DNA of 22,538 bases from Candidatus Altarchaeum sp. (GTDB lineage: Archaea > Altiarchaeota > Altiarchaeia > Altiarchaeales > Altiarchaeaceae). The notes under the pieces are model-generated. The model ran no database searches. It saw only the letters and a program-made list of their open reading frames with translations, and was not told where the DNA came from. The stretch covers positions 1-22,538 of the forward strand of contig JAGWDQ010000130.1 in NCBI GenBank assembly GCA_018260615.1, given 5' to 3'. Position numbers and translations under genes: made by a program. Each line of letters starts with the position of its first letter. Position 1 is the stretch's first letter. Positions 7,481-15,153 of this stretch are shown here, piece by piece.

Positions 7481-8404
7481 ATGGACAAAATTTTTACTAA
7501 TAGCATAGGCAAACTTTCAAAACAAATAGGAAATTTTGCAAGGGTTGCATGTATTTTGGAGGTAACAACAGAAAAGCCCGGAAATGTCACACCAACTCAT
7601 GATTTTGCCGATACAAAATTTGAAAATTTTATATTTGGCAGCATGCTCATTGGCGATGCTGTTGAGAAGGCATTTACTGATGGATACAAAGAAAATTTCA
7701 ACATAGGAAAACGAATCCATCAGTTCGCAAAGCAGTCAAAAATTTACAACGAAACAAATACACATTTTGGAATCGTGTTGCTTTTTATTCCGCTTGCCAC
7801 TGCATTGGGAATGGCATTGGGAATGATGATGAAGGGAAATGAAAACGAAAAGAATAATAAAATAAGCGATGAAAATTTAAGGAATGCAATTACTCATGTT
7901 ATGAAAAAAACAAATGTTGATGATGCCATTTATTTTCATAAAGCAGTAAAGATGAGCAATGTCAGAGTTTCAAAAGATTTCGGTATTGATAAATTTGATA
8001 TATTGTCTGAAAATTTTATTAAAATTGCAAAAAAAGAAAATATCAATCTGTATCATCTGCTCAAAATTTCTGCTGATAAAGATATAATAGCGAGGGACTT
8101 AACAACAAAGATGGAAATTTCATTTGAGCATCTGGATTTTTTAAAAGGTATTTCAAGAAAAGATATATTGTCCCTGTATTTATTATTACTTTCAAAATTT
8201 CAGGATACTCTGATAATGAAAAAGCGCGGAAGCGAAATTTCGGAAAATGTTTCGGAGATGGCAAAAGAGGTTATTAATGGAAATTTATCTGTTGAAAAAT
8301 TTAGCGATTACCTGTACATTAACAACATAAATCCGGGAACTATCGCAGACATTACAGCAAATGTTGTGTTTTTATACCTTTTAAAGAAATTTTTATATTT
8401 TTAA
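7481..8404 (+). CDS. CitG-family triphosphoribosyl-dephospho-CoA synthase-like protein (archaeal type)
   Basis: EKPGNVT, NTHFGIVLLFIPL, INPGTIAD motifs. Confidence 0.85.
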   Translation: MDKIFTNSIGKLSKQIGNFARVACILEVTTEKPGNVTPTHDFADTKFENFIFGSMLIGDAVEKAFTDGYKENFNIGKRIHQFAKQSKIYNETNTHFGIVLLFIPLATALGMALGMMMKGNENEKNNKISDENLRNAITHVMKKTNVDDAIYFHKAVKMSNVRVSKDFGIDKFDILSENFIKIAKKENINLYHLLKISADKDIIARDLTTKMEISFEHLDFLKGISRKDILSLYLLLLSKFQDTLIMKKRGSEISENVSEMAKEVINGNLSVEKFSDYLYINNINPGTIADITANVVFLYLLKKFLYF

Positions 8405-8405
8405 A

Positions 8406-8437
8406 ATGAAATTTTTAGCGAAAAACATCAGGGGAAA
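8406..8437 (+). repeat. 32-bp direct repeat: stub copy of the pelota 5' end
   Basis: ATGAAATTTTTAGCGAAAAACATCAGGGGAAA is 31/32 identical to 10024-10055; the single difference is synonymous (AAC/AAT). Confidence 0.92.
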
Positions 8438-8568
8438 AATTGCTGCATTTTTGATTTTTGTATATTTTCATATTATTATGTCTTAATTTATAATTTATTA
8501 TATCTTTCATTTAAATTTATTCAACAAAAGGTCTATTATATTTAATATCAAAAAGTTAATATCTTAAA

Positions 8569-8772
8569 ATGGGTAGGTTTTTTACTGAACGGGAAAAAGA
8601 AGTTTTAGAAAAATTTAAAAACGGCGGCAAAATAGAAGAGAATGAAGAAGAAATTTTAGATGATTTTGCATCTGTTGGTTTTGTAAGTTTTGGTTTCTTA
8701 ACAAATACCGCTAAATTAACGCCGATGGGTCATGCTTTTTTACGATTAGAACTAAAGCTGATGTCTCAATGA
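8569..8772 (+). CDS. Small hypothetical protein, possible winged-helix fold
   Basis: FTEREKEVLEK N-terminal helix and a terminal AKLTPMG resembling the wHTH wing motif. 21 bp upstream of the next gene. Confidence 0.6.
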   Translation: MGRFFTEREKEVLEKFKNGGKIEENEEEILDDFASVGFVSFGFLTNTAKLTPMGHAFLRLELKLMSQ

Positions 8773-8793
8773 TATAAACAGGAATATGGGAAA

Positions 8794-9903
8794 ATGAAAG
8801 AGTATGGAAAATGGTATGGGTGGATTCCTATATTTACTTATGAGGTTTTTTTTGAAGAGGGTATAAAAAAGAGTTTGGAAAAAGGGACCGGTTGGGAAAA
8901 GGTAAATGATAAAGAAAGGGAAATTCTTAAGTCACTCAAGTCATTATTGGCCGATATAGAAAAAGTTTCTATTTATAAAAGGAAAGAAAAAGAGAACGAT
9001 GTTCCATCAGAAAGCGAATATTTTTGGCACATCCTGTCTGTTAAAGAAGATAAAATACAGGATGTTGTAATTTTTTCATCGTCCCATAACGAGGAAGAAA
9101 TAAAAAAAGACAATTATATCTGTGCTGCAAATATAGAGTTTTTAAAAAATTCTGCGAATAATTGTGCGGGGTTAATAAAAATAGAGTTCAATAATATAAA
9201 TGAAAAATATGGAAATGAGGACAGGAGGGTTAAAAATTTTGTAAGGAGAATTTATGTCTGTATCAGGGATATATATCACTCTCACAGTCATCATCATTCT
9301 TCTCACGAAAGACATTTGGATGTAATCAAATGTGAAAATGATGAAGAAGCGATTAACGGCATAATGGAACAATATGAAAAGAAGATTGATGAATATCATT
9401 CTCGTATGAATGAGTGGTTCTGGCATCCTGAAGTTTTGAATGAAAAGGATGCAATAGCAATAATACAACCTGCGAAGGGAGAAATGTTGTATGCTCAAAA
9501 CTTTATAGAATTGTATGAACAGAAAGATCTTAAAAACACATTTGTGCGCGCTTATGAATCGTTTAGCAGTGTAGGAAATGATCTTCTTAGGACAATAGAG
9601 TTCGAAAGAAATAAGATAGAGTCCGAAAGAAATAAGGATGTTCGCTTACTCACCGTTTTTGGTTCTGTATTTACTGTGATTATCTGCGTTTTAACATTTT
9701 TTGTCGGACTTGATGCAATTTCTAAATTAGCACACACAGAAAAACTATTACTCCATACATCTTTTTTTGGTCTTTTTGTTTTTTCAATGTTTTTTGCTAT
9801 TCTGGCGGCGTTAAAATTAAAAGAGAGAAATATTTTTGTTATACTTTTCGTTATGTTCTCTATATTTGCTGTGTTATTTTTAATAACAAGTATATATCTT
9901 TAG
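8794..9903 (+). CDS. Hypothetical membrane protein: soluble N-domain with His-rich loop, coiled coil, three C-terminal TM segments
   Basis: 369-aa ORF with HSHSHHHSSHERH, the heptad IEFERNKIESERNK, and three hydrophobic helices at the C-terminus. Confidence 0.8.
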   Translation: MKEYGKWYGWIPIFTYEVFFEEGIKKSLEKGTGWEKVNDKEREILKSLKSLLADIEKVSIYKRKEKENDVPSESEYFWHILSVKEDKIQDVVIFSSSHNEEEIKKDNYICAANIEFLKNSANNCAGLIKIEFNNINEKYGNEDRRVKNFVRRIYVCIRDIYHSHSHHHSSHERHLDVIKCENDEEAINGIMEQYEKKIDEYHSRMNEWFWHPEVLNEKDAIAIIQPAKGEMLYAQNFIELYEQKDLKNTFVRAYESFSSVGNDLLRTIEFERNKIESERNKDVRLLTVFGSVFTVIICVLTFFVGLDAISKLAHTEKLLLHTSFFGLFVFSMFFAILAALKLKERNIFVILFVMFSIFAVLFLITSIYL

Positions 9904-10023
9904 GTTAAACGGGCATAAAATAAATAAATGTAAAAAAAATTATACAAAAATAATTTGAATACAGGAAATATTGCTGACATTGCAGCAAATATCAGTTTTT
10001 GTATCTTTTAAAGAAATTTTAAT

Positions 10024-11046
10024 ATGAAATTTTTAGCGAAAAATATCAGGGGAAATTTTATAAAGGTAAAGATTGAAAATATTGACGATTTGTGGTGGCT
10101 GAACAATCTGATTGAAGAAGGTGATTTAATTAAGACAAAGACATATCGGAGAAAGAAAATGGAAGATGTCGGAAAAAGTGAAAGAGAGATGGTTATCATA
10201 AAAATTTCAGTTGAAAAATTTGAATTTAACGGGAAAATAATCCATGTTATCGGGAAAATCGTTGAGTCAAGTGATGATGATGTTCCTTTGCACAGTTATC
10301 ATTCTTTTAATATATCAGTTGATGACATTATTGCCCTTGAGAAAATTTTTAACGAATATCACATCGAAATTTTAAAAGAAGCTGAAAAAGGTAACTTTTT
10401 AAGACAAATCCTGATTGTCGTTGTTGATGAAGGAACTGCAAATATCGCATTGCTTAAAGATGTCAGAGTGGAGTATTCTGAAATTTCAGGGAATATCGGA
10501 GGGAAGAGAAATATGGAAGGCAGAGATAAGAGAAAGACGGACTTTTACTGGAATGTTTTAAATTTTATAAAGAAATTTTCTGTTTACAAAATTATAATCG
10601 GAGGGGCGGGATTTGAAAAGGAAAATTTTTATGAATTTTTAAAGGAGAAAGACAAAGAAATTTTAAAAATCTGCGTAATTGAGAATACCGGGAATTGCGG
10701 AGTTAACGGAATTAAGGAAATTATCGGAAGGAGCAAGCACCTGATTAAAGAAATGAATGTCGTTGAGGATGCAAAATTTATTAATGCTTTGATGTATGAA
10801 ATTTCAAAGGACGGGCTTTATTTTTATTCGCTTAATGATGCCGGAAATGCGTTAAATTACGGGGCAATTGATGTATTATTATTGACAAACAGATTTTTTA
10901 ATGAGCACAGGAAGGAATGCGTGGAAATAATTAAAGCGGTAAAGAACAAAGGCGGAAGGATTCATATAACGGATAGTGAGAATGAAGCGGGGATGCAGCT
11001 GGATGCGCTGGGAGGGATTGCGGGATTGCTGAGGTTTAAAATTTAA
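10024..11046 (+). CDS. pelA: Pelota (Dom34) ribosome rescue factor
   Basis: ENIDDLWWL, HSYHSFNI, VVVDEGTANIA, IGGAGFEKENF, GAIDVLLL, QLDALGGIAGLLRF. Confidence 0.96.
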   Translation: MKFLAKNIRGNFIKVKIENIDDLWWLNNLIEEGDLIKTKTYRRKKMEDVGKSEREMVIIKISVEKFEFNGKIIHVIGKIVESSDDDVPLHSYHSFNISVDDIIALEKIFNEYHIEILKEAEKGNFLRQILIVVVDEGTANIALLKDVRVEYSEISGNIGGKRNMEGRDKRKTDFYWNVLNFIKKFSVYKIIIGGAGFEKENFYEFLKEKDKEILKICVIENTGNCGVNGIKEIIGRSKHLIKEMNVVEDAKFINALMYEISKDGLYFYSLNDAGNALNYGAIDVLLLTNRFFNEHRKECVEIIKAVKNKGGRIHITDSENEAGMQLDALGGIAGLLRFKI

Positions 11047-11114
11047 AATTTAATTAAAATTTAATGTCAGAGACAAAATTTATATCTGCGAGCAGGTTTA
11101 TAATTTATTTTATT

Positions 11115-11152
11115 TTAATTTATTTATATCCTTATCATAATTTATTATATCC
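11115..11152 (+). repeat. 38-bp direct repeat, left copy
   Basis: TTAATTTATTTATATCCTTATCATAATTTATTATATCC, identical to 11580-11617. Confidence 0.9.
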
Positions 11153-11242
11153 GAAAATTAATTATTTATTTATGGTCTAATTTATTAATTTAATTATATC
11201 CAAAATTTAATAGTAATAATTTAAAAATTTACAATATTTACA

Positions 11243-11563
11243 ATGTCAAATACATTCATAACCATAGATCAATTTAATGAAATATTAGTAAGATTGCAAA
11301 AGCTGGAGAACAGAGAGCAATATATTGGCAAATATGAAGATACATATAAGAATGTTGATGACTTAAAAGGAAAATATTATACATTAGATAAAAGAACAGA
11401 AGTAACTGATACAAAGATAGATTCATTAGAAAAAGTAATGAATGAGAGATTCAACACAGTGGATGAAAAAATCACTTCGCTCCGCACAGAACTTCGCATA
11501 ACCCTCGGTGCGATACTGGCTGTGATGATAACTATCGGGATAAAATTAATATTTTATTCATAA
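11243..11563 (+). CDS. Coiled-coil protein with C-terminal membrane anchor (DUF1640/CCDC90/Bdr-like architecture)
   Basis: Heptad-rich stalk (IDSLEKVMNERFNTVDEKITSLRTEL) followed by one TM helix. Confidence 0.75.
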   Translation: MSNTFITIDQFNEILVRLQKLENREQYIGKYEDTYKNVDDLKGKYYTLDKRTEVTDTKIDSLEKVMNERFNTVDEKITSLRTELRITLGAILAVMITIGIKLIFYS

Positions 11564-11579
11564 AACACAAATTTAATTA

Positions 11580-11710
11580 TTAATTTATTTATATCCTTAT
11601 CATAATTTATTATATCCAAAATTTAATTTAATATATCCAAATATTATTTATTTAATATCCAAATTCATAATTTAATATATCCAAATATTATTTATTTAAT
11701 ATCCAAAAAT
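11580..11710 (+). repeat. Right 38-bp direct repeat continuing into a periodic ATATCC array
   Basis: ATATCC starts at 11591, 11612, 11633, 11655, 11677 and 11699 (spacing 21,21,22,22,22). Confidence 0.85.
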
Positions 11711-11787
11711 TAATTTATTTATAGTTACCAACTCTAATTAATTAAACAAAAATAATTAAACAAAATTTAAAAATAAAAAAACCTAAG

Positions 11788-12675
11788 ATGAATAACCCAA
11801 AATATTTAGCAGGGATTTCAATAGTCGGACTGGTTTTGATCTTAGGTTTAAGTGCAAATGTAAGTGCAATGCCCTATATAAGTATGGGGAATGCAACGCA
11901 TAATTTTACGGTTGTTCCGGGGCAGGCAGCGGATATAACTCTGCCGATAATGGTTAAAAATATTAATGTTTCTAATGTGGGTGAGACAATAAAAGGATTA
12001 CAATTTAATGTGACATTTAATTGTTCTATGATAAATATTACAAATATAACGGAAACTCCGATTGTTGATGTTCCGGGCGGAGTAAAAGTGGCATATAATA
12101 ATGTATGTAATAATACTTCTATACCTATAAGTTTACTAAATGCGTGGTGCTTTTTTATGAATACAACTCTTGCTTCAGACAACAAAACAAATGCAAGTGT
12201 TTTATTCGCAACAGTTAAGAATTTAGGAAATGACACTTGTGTTTTGAGAATTGCTTTCGCAAGTCATAAAAACTTAACTGAAGATGTGGAAATCGGAAAA
12301 ATAAGAATGAAGGTTGGAGCAATGCCAAGTTATCTTAATGGTTCTTCAGTTAATACGGACGCTATGTTTCAAATGAACATAACAATTGAAAGAATGGGGG
12401 CAAATCACAGTGTAAATATAATAAATGATTCATCACAATCTCAAACAAATATGCGCGTTAATGGATTGATAAAGGCATGCAGAGGAGATGCTAATCGTCA
12501 GGGGGATATAAATGCCATAGATACTTTGTTTATTGCACAATATACTGCAAATATGAGAAATTTAGATGATATAAAAGATTGTTTGGATGTAAATGGGGAT
12601 GGACAAGTAAATGCCATAGATACTTTGTTTATTGCACAATATACTGCAAATATGAGAAATATTAATGAATATTAA
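11788..12675 (+). CDS. Secreted protein with cohesin-like beta-sandwich region and C-terminal type I dockerin
   Basis: Signal peptide ending in VSA-M; many N-x-S/T sequons. Duplicated Ca-binding loop-helix segments GDANRQGDINAIDTLFIAQY and DVNGDGQVNAIDTLFIAQY. Confidence 0.85.
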   Translation: MNNPKYLAGISIVGLVLILGLSANVSAMPYISMGNATHNFTVVPGQAADITLPIMVKNINVSNVGETIKGLQFNVTFNCSMINITNITETPIVDVPGGVKVAYNNVCNNTSIPISLLNAWCFFMNTTLASDNKTNASVLFATVKNLGNDTCVLRIAFASHKNLTEDVEIGKIRMKVGAMPSYLNGSSVNTDAMFQMNITIERMGANHSVNIINDSSQSQTNMRVNGLIKACRGDANRQGDINAIDTLFIAQYTANMRNLDDIKDCLDVNGDGQVNAIDTLFIAQYTANMRNINEY

Positions 12676-12723
12676 ATTTATTAAAATATTAATTTAACTA
12701 AAAAATTATTAGATTTTTATAAA

Positions 12724-14997
12724 ATGGAAAACAAAAAAATAGGGGAAAAAAATAGGGGAAAAGAAATGATAGGAGGTTTTTGTGTGGTTTTAGGAATGAT
12801 AATGTTAAGTTTTGTTGGTGCCAATGGGGCTAATGTTACAATGTATATTGAAGATTATGGTGTAGATCCGGGAGCAACATGGATTACTATCCCGGTTGAT
12901 TTAAATGTTTCTTCAGGTTCAAACCCTTTTGGAACTACTGGTTTTAATGTAACTTATGATGGCAATATTTTAAATGCAAGTAATTATACAAAAGGGCCAA
13001 GTATGGATGCAGCGGTTTGTAATATCACCGTACCAGGAGTTATACAATGTGGAAGCATATTTAATAGTGCAGGCATACAAGGTGATTTTACCTTAGTAAA
13101 TATAACTTTCAATATCATACAAATTGGTGTGAAAACAGATTTGAACATTAGTATAGGTGTCATAGCAGATAAGGATGGAAATGGGTACTCTTATTCCATT
13201 AAAAACGGTAGTGTACAAATTAATTGTACAAATGACACGCAATGTGGAGCAAATAATACTTGTAATATAACAACGCATTTATGCCAAGCAACAACAATAA
13301 TCTGTTATGGGGATGCAGATGGTGATGGATATGGAAATGCAACAAACACAACACAAAATACAACTTGTCCAACAGGATATGTTAATAATAGCAATGATTG
13401 TAATGACAACAATTCAGCAATTAATCCAAATACAATATGGTTTGCAGATATGGATAATGATGGTTATGGAAATGCAACAAACAACAGAACAAACTGTACT
13501 AAACCGTCAGGAATGTGGATTACAAATGCAAGTATGGCTACTGATTGTAACGATAATAATTCGGCAATTAATCCAAATACAATATGGTATGCAGATAATG
13601 ATACCGATGGTTATGGAAATGCAGCAATCAATCAAACAAATTGTACTAAACCGTCAGGAAATTGGGTATTAACTTCTGGAGATTGTAATGATACTAATTC
13701 AGCAATAAATCCAAATACAGTATGGTATGCAGATAATGATACCGATGGTTATGGAAATGCAGCAATCAATCAAACAAATTGTACTAAACCGTCAGGAAAT
13801 TGGGTATTAACGCCTGGAGATTGTAATGATAATAATAATGCTACCTACCCAGGAGCACCAGAAATTTATAATGGAGTTGATGATAATTGTGTTAATGGAA
13901 TAGATGAAGGATTTTGCGATAGCAATAAACCGTGTTCATCAGGAAAATATTGTGGTACTGATCATATATGTCATACAAGTTCAACACGTGAGGGATACAC
14001 AGGTTCAATTGATCTTGCACCAACTACACCTGCAACAAATGCAACACTTAAAGAATTTTCAGGCGTTCCGGGAGAGGCAGAAGGTTTAACCGTTACATTT
14101 AATTTGGGAAAAGATGCAAAAGGTGCACAAGTTACTGCAACTGTAGGAAATAAAACAAGCACAGCAACTGCCAATGCTAATGGAACGGTAACTATTACTC
14201 TTCCTGGATATGGACAGGGAGAAATAACAGCAACTAAAACAGGATTTAAGACATTAACAAAAACCATTAATGTTTATGCAGGAACTTTAAATATAACTAA
14301 AATAAGCGGTGAAAAATATGGTGACGAATTTAAATTTAAGGTAACAACAAAGGACGGAACTCTGGTAAAAGATGCGGAAGTTGAAATTTACGGAGAAAAA
14401 TTAAAGACAGATGCAAAGGGAATCGTTACGAAACAAATTAAAGAAATACGGTCAGGTTTAGAAGCATCTGCATCAGCAAAGGATTATAAGGGTTCAAGCA
14501 TTTCATTTGATGTGGAAGCAATAGGAAAGTTGGGGTTTGAGGGTATTCCTGAAAAAGTGAAGCAAGGCGACACAATTACAATTACAGTAACAGATGAAAA
14601 CAAAAAGCCAGTTCCAAATGCAAAAGTTACAATTAACGGTGTTGAAAAAACAGCAGATGCAAATGGAAAAATTGAATATAAAGTTACAACAAGATCATTA
14701 ACACTTAAAGCAAGCAACGATGGTTATATTCCATCAGAGCAAACATCTGTTTCAGTTGAACCAAAGATTGAATGCGGAGACGGGAAATGTGAAGCAGGAG
14801 AAACAAAAGAAAACTGTCCGAAAGATTGTATAAAATGTGGTGATGGCGTTTGTGATAAAGGCGAGACATCTGAAAATTGTGTGGGTGATTGTCCAAAATC
14901 AGAAGGATTCCCATTATGGATAATAGGAATTTTGCTCGTGATTGTATTGATAGCAGCATATTATTTCCTCGTGATGAAAAAAAAGAAGGAAGAATAA
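12724..14997 (+). CDS. Membrane-anchored modular surface glycoprotein: cohesin-like domain, MopE-type metal-binding repeats, Ig-like domains, Cys-rich repeats, TM + basic tail
   Basis: N-terminal hydrophobic signal; cohesin-like ITIPVDLNV...FNVTYDGNIL...TLVNITFNI. Repeats DxDxDGYG...DCNDxNxAINP end in DCNDNNNATYPGAPEIYNGVDDNC. Two CGDGxCxxGETxENCxxDC units, then LWIIGILLVIVLIAAYYFLVMKKKKEE. Confidence 0.85.
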   Translation: MENKKIGEKNRGKEMIGGFCVVLGMIMLSFVGANGANVTMYIEDYGVDPGATWITIPVDLNVSSGSNPFGTTGFNVTYDGNILNASNYTKGPSMDAAVCNITVPGVIQCGSIFNSAGIQGDFTLVNITFNIIQIGVKTDLNISIGVIADKDGNGYSYSIKNGSVQINCTNDTQCGANNTCNITTHLCQATTIICYGDADGDGYGNATNTTQNTTCPTGYVNNSNDCNDNNSAINPNTIWFADMDNDGYGNATNNRTNCTKPSGMWITNASMATDCNDNNSAINPNTIWYADNDTDGYGNAAINQTNCTKPSGNWVLTSGDCNDTNSAINPNTVWYADNDTDGYGNAAINQTNCTKPSGNWVLTPGDCNDNNNATYPGAPEIYNGVDDNCVNGIDEGFCDSNKPCSSGKYCGTDHICHTSSTREGYTGSIDLAPTTPATNATLKEFSGVPGEAEGLTVTFNLGKDAKGAQVTATVGNKTSTATANANGTVTITLPGYGQGEITATKTGFKTLTKTINVYAGTLNITKISGEKYGDEFKFKVTTKDGTLVKDAEVEIYGEKLKTDAKGIVTKQIKEIRSGLEASASAKDYKGSSISFDVEAIGKLGFEGIPEKVKQGDTITITVTDENKKPVPNAKVTINGVEKTADANGKIEYKVTTRSLTLKASNDGYIPSEQTSVSVEPKIECGDGKCEAGETKENCPKDCIKCGDGVCDKGETSENCVGDCPKSEGFPLWIIGILLVIVLIAAYYFLVMKKKKEE

Positions 14998-15020
14998 TCC
15001 GGAAAATAAACGATGGGGTA

Positions 15021-15062
15021 AGAAATTAGTCAGGGACTAATTTCTTTATTTTTTTCTTTTTT
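15021..15062 (+). terminator. Hairpin plus T-tract terminator after the surface-protein operon
   Basis: Perfect 11-bp dyad AGAAATTAGTC-AGG-GACTAATTTCT (15021-15045) followed by a T-rich run. Confidence 0.65.
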
Positions 15063-15153
15063 AAATTTTAAATTTTCTTTTTCTTTATGTTTTTAAATTT
15101 TCTTTTATATTTTTTGTTATGTGAATTTAATTTCTTTATGGAAAATCTTAACT

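Larger units (their letters stand above)
8438..10023. mobile_element. 1.6-kb inserted islet between citG and pelota, bounded by the pelota 5' duplication; no recombinase encoded
   Basis: Flanking 32-bp direct repeats 1618 bp apart; two orphan ORFs inside. Confidence 0.65.

Noticed and set aside
8406-8486. 26-aa ORF starting at the pelota stub
   Set aside because: Only the first 10 codons are pelota-derived and the rest is AT-rich run-on. Treated as an att-like duplication scar, not a gene.
11050-11787. AT-rich iterated region considered as a replication origin
   Set aside because: No archaeal ORB motif with G-string and no cdc6/orc1 gene in the window; kept only as a regulatory-array hypothesis.
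15121-15153. GTG-initiated N-terminal extension of adenine deaminase
   Set aside because: Falls in T-rich intergenic-like sequence; ATG at 15154 gives a normal N-terminus.
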